This document shows positions 23,916 through 37,500 of a DNA stretch of 59,633 nt, piece by piece. This DNA comes from Octopus bimaculoides. Lineage: Eukaryota. Where the stretch lies: contig NC_068986.1 of assembly GCF_001194135.2 (NCBI RefSeq), positions 5,740,169-5,799,801 on the forward strand. Direction: 5' to 3'. Both the position numbers and the translations under genes were made by a program. The notes beneath the pieces are model-generated. The model ran no database searches. It saw only the letters and a list, made by a program, of their open reading frames with translations, and was not told the DNA's origin. Numbering within the stretch: the stretch's first letter is position 1; every line of letters begins with the position of its first letter.

Positions 23916-26900
23916 AAGATATGTATTGCATGTTCTAATATATTTATATGCCTGTATAGATAACTGAAACAGGTTTCCTATTCAGATCCTGTTGGGTTCA
24001 GTATAATAAGTACTTGTTTTGACCAAGGTTATGTCCTGTAAAGCAGGACTTGTGATCAAAGGCATTTCAGTCTTAACTATTGTGTCTTTTTGTGTGTCTA
24101 TGATTATATTGTCCAATGTGTCATTCCTCTTTGATTATAGGGTGTGATTTGAAGGAGATTTGGTTGTTATTTCTAGCAGGTTGAGTGATGCTGGAGTTGT
24201 TTCAGGTATATTTCGCCCCCCACAAAACTGTTGTGTGTGTGTAAAACTATTTTAGTTGTTAGTCTTCTCATCAAAATGGTTTCCATTCATTATGAAATGT
24301 TTCTCTATGGTAGTGTTGCATTTAATTTTAGTCAAATTTGTGTTTTTGACATTGACAAATGTAAACAGAGCACCATCTTGTTGCTGCTTTATAACTTTTA
24401 TGATGTATTACATTTGAACTGGATATTATGAGCAAACATATCTATAGATGCTTACTCCAGTGTTATGTCAAGTTTATTAGTCTTATTCTTTAACACTATT
24501 TGTTCATGTTGATCTACATACTACAGTCTTCAGTATGCAATTGTTCCTAAAGACAATTGCTGGTCAGTGGAACTGTTAACTCTTGTATTTCTCTGTTATA
24601 CTAAAATCTACTTTCCTAAACTTCAGATTGATTTTATCAATTTTTTCCCCTTAGTATGTTTTCTAAATGTGAGAGTGTTGAATAGTCTACAGGCAATGTA
24701 TTTCTTCTAAGAAGGGAGGGGAAAAAAAGTGAAGAATAATATTTGTAGTCCTTGAATGGAAGATTTTAAATGTGTGTTGTAATCCATAACTTCAAAGGAT
24801 TCTATATTCAACTGTAGACCTTCTTCACATTTCAGAATTTACTATTTAATTGAAGTCATTTTGTCCCCATTTTTGTAAGTGAGTCCACATTACTTCACTT
24901 TTAGTAATTCGCATAACAATTTAAGATAATTATAGAATATCCAAAACTACATTCACCACATGACAGAAAGAGCATTTGGAAGAAATGTCAAAAAGTTAGT
25001 AATTGATAAGTAAAGTAAAACCTGGTAATTGACAATACAAAACATAACGAAAAGAAGTGGTCACTGTTTATCATTAGAACATGTAACAATTGCTGCAATA
25101 GGCATATTTGTTCTTTGTAGTGTGTTAGGATTGCTGGTTACAAATGTTTTAAAGGGACGACCTTGCTTCCCAACCACATGATGTTCCCTTCTCTATACAG
25201 TTTTCTACTATAGCTTTGGGCCAACCAAGCCTTGTGAGTGAATTTGGTAGACAGGAACTAAAAGTCTGTCGTGTGTGTGTGTGAAAAGGATGAAATGATG
25301 TTTGCTCATTGTCTGTTTGCAAAAAATTATGTTTTAATCAGAATTACATGAGGTGTAATATTTGCTTAAGTAGTAGGATAATACATCCAAAGGTCTGCAG
25401 TTTTTATCACAGTTAATTTTGAGTATTGGGCTAAGGGCCTGAAGATAGATGGTTTGCTGAGACTGCATTACACCTTGTAGTAAATTCAATTAGAATGTAA
25501 TGGTACAATTGTATTTCAAGCAGTAGCACCTTCTCAGCTAATGGGTCATTTCTGATCATCAAACTGTTTGTCTTTTTTCCCCTTTTATGACAAATCACCT
25601 GGCCTTTCCAACGTTGACTGTGTCAACTGTGTGAGTATATGTGTGTGTGTATGTAAAAGGGAGGTGTATGTGCAATGGAAATGGGATGGTGAGCGTTCAA
25701 CGCTGAAAAGAAAAATCAGACAGCATTTCAATTCTGAGTATATGTGTATATGTGTGTGCATGTACAAGGGAAGTATGTGAATGTTTGTATCTGTGATTTA
25801 TTGTATACCTTATTTATATATAAAATACTACAATTAGCCATCATTTTTGATGGCATAGGGTCAGCTAGCTTTTAATAATTGGTTTTGGTCTCTCAATATC
25901 AGCTGACAGTCATTGTTAAGATTTTGTTGATTGTAGAAGGATGACCTTTTGTAATTTTGATGAACCTAAAGATGATGACTGTCTACTGTTTTGAATATTT
26001 GTCAATTATGTTATTAAATTTTGTATTAATAAAAAAAAACAAAAAAACTCAGGTAGCAGGAATGGAACAGTCAAATATGGAAGCTTAAATTCACTGAAAC
26101 TGTGTTATTACAGAAATTCTCAATATAACAGAGTAATTTATTCTATGGAAAACCAAAATTATTAGGTGGTAATTGTTTACTTAAATGTTTACAGTTGTTT
26201 TTACTTTTCCTCCTTTTTTTTTTTCCAAAATGTTAAGCTCCATATCATTTGATATAGTTTGGAATATAATTTAATATCAAGCCTTTTCACTCTTTGTTAA
26301 TCAGAGACAATTTACTCCCACCTTCAATAAGCCATTATTCGTTGTGACCATTTTTATAATTATTAAAAGAATTTTCTGCTGAGGTGTTTGACAGAATGAC
26401 ACTGATGCTATTGAGGTTTTTTTTTTCTTTACACACTTTTGAAAAAGCTTTTCAATATAACTTAGCAAAATATCCTCTCATCTTAGTATTAATCAACAGC
26501 ACGGCATTCTCTAAGATCATGAAAGATCCTTGATTCACATTCAAGACAAGTTTTAACCTAAATTTAAGCTGATTTCCCAGCAGCAGCAGCGCTATGGTCA
26601 TCCAAAGTAATGCTGTCCATAGCACTAGTAGTGGATTTTTCCTGCTGGATGGTAGAAATGGCATTCTGCAACTTGTAGGCTTTCCCTTCTTTATGAGACA
26701 CAACAAAGGTATGGTAAACTGGTTTTGAATGGCTTCCTTGTTTTGTCCTTTGCAAAAATAAAATGAAATAAAATAAAACTAAAAAACTTGAAAAGCCACT
26801 TGGGCCAATGGTATAGGAAATTTACAATATTTTGATATTTGTCTAAGAAAAATGATAATGTCATTAATATGTTTATCCAGGCTGTTGTTTCAAAAAATAT

Positions 26901-28541
26901 GCTTTTATTCATTCACTGTCTATATTTTTGCTGCTAGTAAATGATGCTATGAAATTATTTGTTTTTGAGTAATATGTAGTGCCATTTCAGCCTCCACATT
27001 TATAATTTCAGACCACTCTGAAAAAAACCCAGCTGCTGTAATGCCGTGTCTTAATAGACTGAATTTTACTGTTAGTAATTAACATAACAATATGAGATAA
27101 TTATAGAATATCCAGTACTACAATATGTCTAGTTGTGGTACTGATTACAAATTTGTTATTTATTCTTATGACCCAGAAATTTAAAAAATATGCGGGATTA
27201 ATTACTGTAATTAGTAATTTAACATCTATTTTATTATGCCTAAGTCAAACTAAATATGACAATTTGAACCTCAAGCCAGTTACAGAACAGGACCATTTGA
27301 TTTTATTCTTCTATGTTGCTTATATTTTCAACATTTACACTTTTATTTTTCATTTTGCATGCAACATTTGTTAAGTTATAGTTTCTTAGTCCTTAAGATA
27401 TTTTTTCTTTCCATCTCTTTCCTTTTCTGTATGTAGATGGAGTTCAAACAAAATATATTATTCTCTAGTTCATTTTCTAGTTATGCTCAACTACAGTTTA
27501 ATTTTAGAAATAACATTTATACTAACAAATAATCTCACTGTCTGTCTAAATCAGTTGGCGATATTTTGCAAGAAGAGTTTTAGCAATGAGAAACAAGAGT
27601 AATGAAACGTAAACATTATTTGGTAAGTTGGTTTAGTTGTTGCCTCATTTGTTTTATGTATTGTGATAATTGTAGCTCTTAAAAGTAGTCGCTGTCTGGA
27701 TGTTGCACTGCAGTGGTAAACATGAATATTCCAGAGTTCGAATATGACCTGTGCTGTGGAAGAGGTATGAGACATCAAGTGGGTGCTATTACAATTTGGA
27801 CATATGTGAATGGTTTCTGAACATATTTAAGTGCAATAGTAATTTTTTAATTTGCCCATTATTGATCTGCTATGGATCAAAAGCCTCATCATATCATTAC
27901 CAAGTTATCTCTACAGTTTCTAGGTCTATTTGTCCATACTGGCTCATTGCAAGTTGCATGGAATTTTTCCATGGTTGGTGATTAGCTTGATCATTGGTAC
28001 CTGGTTAGAATGTGAAATAGGAATGCAAACAGCTAGAACAAATACCACTAGGCTTCATCTCTTACACTGTAACAATTCTGCTAATCCTCCACTTTATGGT
28101 CTCTGATGTTTATTGCTATTCATCATGCCTCGAGATGATTTTTTTAAAAGTTCAAGAGGAAGAAGTTGTGCATGTGTTGACAGTTTTTTTTTTTTTTGTT
28201 GATAATTGGAAAATGATTCTTAAATTTCACTCTTTCACAGATTATAGTACCCCCTGAGCCATTCCTAGTATTGCTTATGTAATGTTGGTAATCTATCCTT
28301 TATCTTTTCATCTCCTGCAAGTTACTTGGTAATCTCACTACTGCTAGTGTCATGTAAAAAGCAGCCAATACCTTCTGTGAAATGGTTGGCATCAGGAAGG
28401 GCACCCAGTTATAGAAACCATGCCAAAACAGAGAGTAGAGCTTGGCATTGTTCTCTGAATTGCCAGCTCCTGCCAAACCAATCCATGCCAGCATGGAAAA
28501 TGAATGTTACATAATGATGATGATGATAACATTTCTGAACA

Positions 28542-29407
28542 TACATGGTCTGATCAATAAGTATCTGAACTGTTGCCATAGTAATGAAGCTAAAGCACGC
28601 AGAGTGAAGCTGCTTGGCATAAATTGACCTTGAACTCTGCTGTGCATGCGCAATGTTTTAATGTTCTAGCTCACTTCTGCTGTTTGCAGCAGTGCTTGGA
28701 AGTAAGATGTGTAGCATGTGACCATGACAGAGAAAGTTGAACAGAGAGTCTGCATCAGATTTTGTCAAAAACTTGGTAATACCTGCTCAGAGACCTACCC
28801 AAAGTTTTCAGAAAGTCGTCATTGTTCTTAATACAGTCAAGATCTTGTGCAACTGAAACCTAAGTATCTTTTTAGTCAGCTGAATGCAATTTTGGCACAG
28901 ACTTTGCAGACACACATCTCGTACCCAAATCTTCAGTGATAATGGACTGAACTGAACCATAACTAATCTGCACATCCTCTGATAACTCATGGATGGGGAT
29001 GCAACAATTTCCCCTCACAACTGCATGCATATCTGTGATGTTTTTCTCAGTTCTGCTGGTTGTGTGTCACCCAGAACATTCGCCAGTATCAACATTCTTT
29101 CGGCCATCTTGGAAATGTCTGAACCATTTGTACACTTGTGTGTGGCTCATACACTTTCTGCAACTTTGCATAGGCCTCTGAGCAGTTATTACCTTGACAA
29201 CTTTCTCTGTCCTGGCCAGTGTGACAATCATATGCTACACACCTTCCCTCCAAGCACTGCTGTGAACAGTGGAATTGAACTAGAATGTTAAAACTTAGTG
29301 TGCATGCACAACAGTTCAAGGTCAATCTTTGCCAAGTGGCTTCACTCTGTGTGTTCTAGCTTTGTTACTATGGCAACAGTCTGGATACTTATTGATCAGA
29401 CCTCATA
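28542..29407. mobile_element. Non-autonomous mariner with two 5' ends (palindromic), copy 1
   Basis: TIRs TACATGGTCTGATCAATAAGTATC and GATACTTATTGATCAGACCTCATA. Both arms encode the transposase start (MTEKVEQRxCIxFCQKLG), pointing inward. Confidence 0.88.
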
Positions 29408-29998
29408 TGTAGAAAGTATTATTGTGTTTTCCAGGTGTTAGTGACAGACTTAACTGTGGTGTGATGTAAGTAGCTTCAAATTAGTACTCTGTGAGTTTTA
29501 TTTAGCTGATTATGTGTTGTTAGTGGTAGATATGTTAGTAAAGTATGAGAATTTTTCTCTGTACACACACACACACACACATTTGCACAATGTTATTATT
29601 TTACATCAACTTTCCATGCTTTAGGTTGGAGGGGTTATTCAGAGAACTCCTTGAAGGGTTGGTGAATTGCATCTCACCTAAATGTTTATTTTTTTGGTTG
29701 ATTTCTATGACTGGATGCTTTTTCCAAACACCAACCCCTTTACAGAGTGTATTCAGTTCATTTTATAATGGCACTAGTTCCAGAGAGTTTATCATGTGTT
29801 TGATAAGACTAAAGGGTCCTCACAGCTCCATACTTTACAGAGTGTACAAGATGTGTTTTAGCATGGCACCAACACTAAAGAAATTGTTGTCTTCAACATA
29901 TTCAGTCTATATTTCATTGTGTGCTGAGTGACCTCTATCATTACCTTCCCTGCTTATTGTTTCCACCTACCATCTCCTTCTTGTGCCTTCATCCACTG

Positions 29999-30035
<37 letters not shown>

Positions 30036-30276
30036 GCTATACTCCATCCTTAACACTTATCTTATTTTCCCAATACCCTCATACCCTTCACCCTTGATCC
30101 ACTCATATATATCTCTCACCACCACCTACTGGTGTCACGTCTATCCCATCTCAAATCATCTCTCCTCATATTCTTATGAAACTTTGGTCTCTATTCTCTG
30201 GTGCCTCTCACCCAGCCCAATCCTCTGTAACACTTTACCTATATTTACCCCCTCTATGCCCTGAGAGTATGTTCTG

Positions 30277-30354
<78 letters not shown>

Positions 30355-30644
30355 ATATTTCTGTATCTCTTATACAGCATGACAGCCATCTTTTAACCTC
30401 TCATCAGCTGGCACAAAGCCATCTCTCTCAACATTTCTCCCCGCTGCATGAAAAACACCCAGTACATTCTGTAAAATGGTTGGTGTTAAGAATGGCATCC
30501 AGCCATAGAAACCATGCCAAAGCAGCCACTAGTGCTTAGCACAGCCCTCTGGATTGCCAGCTCTTGTCAAACCATCCAACCCATGGCAGTATGGAAAGCA
30601 GGCATTAAATGATGTTCAAAATCTGCTGAAGCTAACTTTACCAG

Positions 30645-31975
30645 GCTCCCAACTACACCACTCTCTTTGGTTTGCGCTCATACCACATGTTGCTTCTCTC
30701 TAGCCCCCACTTTCCACAGAGTTTCCAATGTAGCACTTGCTATCTCATTGTGTCATTGCAATTTATATTGGTTTCAAGCAAGTCAGAGGCATTCGTTCAT
30801 GATATAAGCAATGGTTTCATCAACTCTATTACAGATTTGGCATGGTAGAGATGCTTGTTCTTAAGGTTGACACTTCAATTTGCGACCAAAGCTTGGTCTT
30901 GTGTGCCAGTATTGTGCTTTTGGTCTCCTTTTTTCATTGTTCCCTTCTTCAGCCAGTCCCACCTGTTTTCCAGCAATTTCAGTTGTGACTTCACGGAACT
31001 GATTGTGTAGTCCATCCCTTGCTGCATAGTGATTCTTCATGTCCTTCTTATACTTCTTGTTTTGTTCTTTTCTTTTTCCCTGATTCCAATATGCCCCCTT
31101 CTCTAACTTCCCCTTGCAAGGTTTTCTTACTTTGGGACAGATACTTCAGCAGGTTCCCAAGATCAATATGCACATAGTCTTCCACACATGTCAGTCCCTT
31201 TCCTCCATTTGCTCTCTTCATGCATAGGCTGTCAGTGTCTGCATGTGGATGATGAGCTCCAGGCATTGTTAGGAGCTTTCTTATTTCTTTATTGCCCACA
31301 AGGGGCTAAACATAGAGGGGACAAACAAGAACAGACAAAGGGGTTAAGTCGATTACATCGACCCCAGTGTGTAACTGGTACTTAATTTATCGACCCCGAA
31401 AGGATGAAAGGCAAAGTCAACCTCGGCAGAATTTGAACTCAGAACGTAACGGCAGACGAAATACCGCTGAGCATTTTGCCCAGCGTGTTAACGTTTCTGC
31501 CAGCTCGCCGCCTTGTTAGGAGCTTCTTGTCTCCCTGACCAGCTCTCTTAGTTCATCTTCTGTACACTCAAGAATTGTGCGTGAAATTATTTATTGCTGA
31601 AATTGTGTTTTTTGGCATTCAACTTTTGAAGTTTGAAATTTTTCTTAATCATTGCAAATACTCTTTCATTGTCTTTTCTTTCATATCATTATGCATAATT
31701 TAATCTGCTTCAAACATCCCCATGTATTTGTATTTGGACTTAGATTCAATTACCTTCATCATTTCACCACTTGACATATATCTTCTGCTCTGACAAGCTT
31801 TCCTCACCTCATCATCATTGCAGCACATTTTGAAAGTCCAGACTCCATCTTGATATTATTTGAAAAAATCCACAGAGATTGAATTAGACTGTCCAGTTCT
31901 GTTTTACTTTTTTGAACAACTTCAAATCATCCATGAATAACAGGTGATTAAGCTTTCCTTTACCACTTTCCAGAT
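30645..31975 (-). mobile_element. Decayed R4/Dong-type (RLE-clade) non-LTR retrotransposon
   Basis: LNHLLFMDDLKLF (RT catalytic motif), RKLLTMxGAHHPHADTDSLxMKRANGGKGL (R4-like RT C-terminus), AQDQAL, a frameshifted C-x2-C...ETIAYIMNEC knuckle and HWKLCGKWG...WYERKP. Confidence 0.8.
31279..31512 (-). mobile_element. Young tRNA-derived SINE with a 13-bp TSD, inserted in the R4 element
   Basis: Near-identical to 15921-16166. TTGTTAGGAGCTT occurs at 31266-31278 and 31513-31525, and removing the SINE restores RKLLTM. Confidence 0.92.
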
Positions 31976-33069
31976 CATTATTATTATTATTATTTTTATC
32001 CTTAGTTGAGCTTGGTGAGTTATGTCTATTAAATTTGTGCATATTAGATGCAGCTGTAATGGATCCAGTGCTAGTCGTAGTGGAATAGGATAATTTAAGC
32101 ATGGATCAGTTAAAGATTAAGTGTGATACTTATGGTGTGGCGGGAAGTTGGATTTGATAACAGCGAAAAATTAATCAGGTAGGTCCTTAACATTTAAAGA
32201 GAATGGAGTGTATACCAAAGTATACTTCTGTCACCCCTCACCCTGCTTCTATTAGGTTATCTTGGAGGTGCAGAATTCAAGTTCCTAGTGAGTGTCTGGG
32301 ATGTAATTTTATCTTCAGGATTATATTTTGTACTAGTTTTGTGGGTGAGGAAAAGGCAGTTGGCCATTTTCAGTAAATTGTTTGCTATGGTGTAGAGTAT
32401 TGAGTTGAGTGTTCCTATCTTGAGGGGAGTGTTTTGTTCATTGTTTTGAGATACTGAGAATTAAGATCTAATTGTGCTAAGTAATTCTTAGGCTCAGTGT
32501 TAGACAGGAATTCTATTTTGTGGGAGAAAACTGCTGGCTGATAGGGCTTGATAATAATAGGCGGCGGGTTTATTAAATATTTCTTCAGTTGTAGAGAGAT
32601 AAGAAATTCTAATAGAGATATCCCTAATTACAATGAACATTGATATACTTTAGGTAGTTGATAGGCTTATAGTACAGGGAATATAATGAATAGTTTAAAT
32701 CTAAGGTTACATCTAGGAAATTGTAACCTGTACTCTTTGAAAACTCATACCTACCTCACTTTCTCTCCAAAGATGGAACTAGTAACTTCTATCATCTTTT
32801 AGCTTGGACTTTCCTCAATACTTCAACAATGTAGCTGCTATGGATATTATCATTTACTAAGTATTTCATTCATTCTTTGGTTATGGAACTAATAACCAAT
32901 ATTATATTTCTACTTTGGGCACCCCTTAGCTATTCAACGAACTGGTAACTACTAATTTAAGGATACGTAGCTTACATGAAAATCCTTGTTCAATAATGCA
33001 TGTTCCACATGTCTAGCTATTCGAGAAATAGCTGTAAGAGACTTTACCAATTTACTATAACTACTCCAC

Positions 33070-33246
33070 AGTACCGCCTGACTGGCTCCTGTAGGATTTT
33101 CGAGCGAGATCGTTGCCAGTGCCCCTGGACTGGCTTGTGCGGGTGGCACATAAAAGACACCATTTCGAGCGTGGCCGTTTTCGTGCGGGTGACACGTAAA
33201 AGCACCCACTACACTCTCTGAGTGGTTGGCGTTAGGAAGGGCATCC
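33070..33246 (+). mobile_element. RTE-type 3'-tail repeat with modules, cut by a gap
   Basis: GGGTGGCACATAAAAGACACC and GGTGACACGTAAAAGCACCC modules, then GGCGTTAGGAAGGGCATCC. Confidence 0.8.
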
Positions 33247-33300
33247 NNNNNNNNNNNNNNNNNNNNNNNNNNNNNNNNNNNNNNNNNNNNNNNNNNNNNN

Positions 33301-33339
<39 letters not shown>

Positions 33340-33349
<10 letters not shown>

Positions 33350-33517
33350 ACTTGGGGATGGTCATATTGCCAGTTTAGCCAATAAAAACACACGCACTGT
33401 ATATTTGGTGTTAATTTGCTTCAGCTTTATATTACATGAATCTTAACACCAAATATACAGTGTGTGTGTTTTTATTGGCTAAACTGGCAATATGACCATC
33501 CCCAAGTACAACAACAT
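33340..33517. repeat. Near-perfect 75-bp-arm hairpin (MITE-like)
   Basis: 33340-33414 is the reverse complement of 33443-33517 with one mismatch, around a 28-nt loop. Confidence 0.93.
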
Positions 33518-33553
33518 CTTTCAACACACGATTTCACATCAAAAATCTTGCAA

Positions 33554-33597
<44 letters not shown>

Positions 33598-36337
33598 GCA
33601 ACTGTTGCTGATACCTTAACTATGTTTATATATATATATATATACACCTGATAAATCGTCATTGGTCTATTGGAATTATTCATGTCATTTCATGCATCAG
33701 TTTAGAATTATGTACTTTGTCCTCATAATTGCCCTCACCTTTATCCTCATTAGTATTGCTAGCATCTTTGCTATTTTTACCACCACCATCACGATTACTG
33801 CCATTATCATCATCATCATCATCATCTATGCATTTTATAATGCACAAATGCTTAACTTCTCTTCAAGTTGTTTCAAGTTACTTCCTTCATTGAATTAGAT
33901 ACTCCCCAAATGGTAAATCTTTACTTCAGTTCTGGGATTACTTTCTGTCTTAATTTGTTTTCTCCCTTTGATACCAATCTGAGTGAAATCACCACTGGTT
34001 CTATGATACAAATCTGCCTGTTTGAAAATGTTCATATTCATATATTAAAAATCTTTCATCATGCTTTTATGTAACAAGATTTTGTTATGTTCTGATCACA
34101 AAATTCATAATTAAAAGTGAGTTATTTTACTAAATCACCTCCACATTCTTTATTATTTTCAATATTAATTGAAACACATGAAAACAAAGCATCACTGTAA
34201 CTCACAGGTGAGTTTGATGTGGAAATATCTACTATATTTGTGCCAGTTGTTTTAGGTGCCTATGTACATATGTGTGTGTCTGCCTTTGACTCTATGTCAT
34301 ATGATGGTTGTAAATGAGCATCATCGTCATATAAGCGGTGTTGTTTGTTTCCAGTCTTCCATGAAAAATATGTCTGGCTATGGGGAAATATTACTTTGCC
34401 TGGAAAAAGGTGAGTGTTGGTGACAGGCAAGGCATCTGGCTATAGAAAATCTGTCTCTACAAAGTTTACATGACCCATGCAGACACAGAAAAATGGATGT
34501 TAACATCATGATGATGTAGTCAACCTCTCAACCCTTCCACTCATGACTCAGTGGAACATTCAGGATGTGCCAGATGGAGGGAGAGACAGTAGCATGAGCA
34601 CTGGGCTGATACTCATTTTTAGCTGAGTAGACTGGAGCAGTGTGAAATAAAGTGTCTTGCTCAAGGAGACAATGTACCATCCAGTCCAGGAATTGAACCC
34701 ATAGCCATGGCCTTCAATTTAAATGCATAAGCTGTATAGTTTGTTAAAAATATCAACACACAGGATTTAATATCACTCACCAAATTTTCATCATTCATTT
34801 ATTTTAATTCACCAGCATCTTACTTATTTTTCTAATGCAGTTAATTTCTTGAAGCGTCTGTTTTGTTTAGCTTTTTCTATGTGTTTTTGAAAAAACTGCT
34901 ATCAACCCTTTCACTTAAATTAAATTTCATGGTTATTCTAGTAATGATGTTAGATATCTGCTAAATAGCTATTTATAGCAAGTGACGTTGCCTCAACAAA
35001 GATATATCTTGGCAAAAAGTAGTTTCAAACATGATTTTCCTCAACAAAAGATAGATTGGTATACAAAACTTTCCTCAGTTAAGCATAAGGAAATTTTGAG
35101 TGGGTATATCTGATTTCCACAGTAAAAGTGTTAGGAAAATGAGATTTTCCTTTCAAAGATTTATTCTAAGCAAAATCATGAAGTTTAATCCAACTCATAA
35201 AATGCAAATACTACTAAATTCTTTATTTCAGTTTTATAAATGAATGAAATAATCTTATTTGCTCTTATAATTGGATGAAATAATCTGTATTTAAATAAAA
35301 GGAAAAGATTCTGCTACTAAGTTATTGTTGCTCTTCTTTTTCTCAAAATTGTCATCATTTATTATTATATTTTCTTTGTAGTTTAGTAGGAAAGTATTCT
35401 GCAGGTAAGGAAAGCCTAGTGGGTGGTGGTGAAGGACACAGATTGCACACATTATCCAGTGAAGGTGGCACAAACAAATTCTTATCATTACAATTTTTCA
35501 ATGAAATATATTTTATCTTTAGTAAAACTATTCCTCTAGATCTGTGATGGAAAGCTAATTGGCCATATATTTAATGTGATAGATTTAATACAGAAATGTT
35601 AGAGTTGAACGATTTTTGAAATATTTAGTATTGTTTAGCCATGCCATTTATCCCTTCATAAATGTAAAAATAAAAAAAAAACCTAAAAAACTAGCAGTAA
35701 TATTCTTTATAATTTCTCTTGTATGTATTTTGGAAGAATTGCAAGAGTACTTAAAACTCTTGCTTAGTGGTTTTGTATCTGGTGGTAAGCATTTGAGGAG
35801 AACACACTGTAATGGTGTACTAAAACAGCAGATAGGTGATTTTACAATTCTAACATGAAATTTTGTGGAAGGAAATTTTATCAATTGAGACATGAATTCT
35901 GTCTATTTATGAGATACCTTAAATATACCATTTTGGAGTTGTCGTACAAATTCAAATAATCAAAGATCAAGACAGATGTATTATATTTCATACAATTTTT
36001 AAAAGTTGCAATATTATTAAAGATTCAGCTGGCAGCTAGTGACCATTCAAGAAAAATAAATAAATAAAATGTTTTTTTTCCTCTCTACAAATTCTAATAT
36101 GTTTATTGTAAAGAAACTGTTCACGAATTTCAAGAAGCTTGAACACAAAGGACATGGCGTGAGCAGTGACCAGATTTTAAAATAAATCACAACCAATGGA
36201 GTCTGCTAACACTATTGAAACATTTTGCTTTTAAAATAGAAATATTTTTGTTGTCATAACTTTAAAAGAAACAAGTTTTCTTTAATGATGTTTTAAAATT
36301 ATATCTCTGATTACTTTTCTTTGTTATATTTTTCTAG

Positions 36338-36356
36338 GGCCTATGATGAATTATGA
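36338..36356 (+). CDS. Candidate terminal coding exon ending -AYDEL* of an unidentified gene
   Basis: Strong acceptor (CTGATTAC...TTTTCTTTGTTATATTTTTCTAG), then G GCC TAT GAT GAA TTA TGA, then a repeat-poor AT-rich tract with AATAAA near 36543. The reading frame is not independently fixed. Confidence 0.33.
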
Positions 36357-36380
36357 ACTGAAATACTAAGGACTTCTGGA

Positions 36381-36411
<31 letters not shown>

Positions 36412-36732
36412 GTAAATGACTTTTGCACTGCAACTACTAACAGATGCTCCACTGTTTTACCCTGTTTCTCACCATTGATGAGGTTCAGATAATAGAAAAC
36501 ATATGAGACTCTCCACTCCCTTTATCTGCTATTTATATTGTCAATAAATTGATTTATTGTTTTTTTTTTTAACAATCGCTTTGTAAAATTTGTTCAGAAG
36601 AAAAGAAAAAGAAACTTCAGATCAAAAGATTAATTTTTTATTTTCATACATATTTTGAGCTCCTTTACTAAAAACACATTAGAAATTCTTTAAATAAATT
36701 ATTCCTAAATGAATAGGTGCAATTACTTAAGA

Positions 36733-36910
36733 GCTATACCAAACAGCTCATAATATAATCAAGATAGCAGTAAACAGTCTGTTATATAACAAAGATACTA
36801 CACTAAGATATTCACAATACAACTAAAACATTGGTGTCCACAAGTTACACCAAAGCAGTTCATAATACAACCAAAATAACTAGGCTAAACAGTTCATAAT
36901 GTTACCAGCT
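36733..36910. repeat. Degenerate ~33-bp minisatellite
   Basis: About five units resembling CTACACCAAACAGTTCATAATACAACCAAGATA. Confidence 0.6.
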
Positions 36911-37433
36911 AGATACATAATATAAATATAATATATTCATGATATAAAAAATTACAATGTTTACAATCTAATCAAGTAAAAAGATGTCGTTAAATGATAA
37001 AAATTCAATCAAATAATTATGCTGTTGTGTCTTTTTTTTTTTAAGATGTATTTCACGTTTGAAACGGATGTAACCAATATGCCATATGTTTATAGACGTA
37101 TGTTATAAAACTAAATACAATGCAAACAGGATATCTGTGTCATCCCTAATTAATTGTAGTCAAACTCCACTAGATGAAGCTGCCTGTAGTCTTTTTTTTA
37201 CTTTGTATACGTTATTGTTTAACCTTCCCATCTAAGCTTTATAATATTTCAAAAGTGGTGGCTTGATAGAATCATTAGAAAGATTGGACAAAATGCCTTG
37301 TGGTATTTGATCTGGCCCTTTATATACCGAATTAAAACGCTACTAAGGTAAACTTTTGCTTTTATCCTTCTGAGGTCAATAAAATAGAGTGTATGCATGT
37401 GTGTGCATATATATATATATATGTATATATGTG

Positions 37434-37500
<67 letters not shown>

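Noticed and set aside
25568-25630. DKSPGLSNVDCVNC followed by a GTGAGT donor
   Set aside because: There is no usable acceptor between the upstream in-frame stop and this segment.
32150-32760. Possible decayed Penelope-like fragment on the minus strand
   Set aside because: The resemblance is only compositional; I could not read a diagnostic motif.
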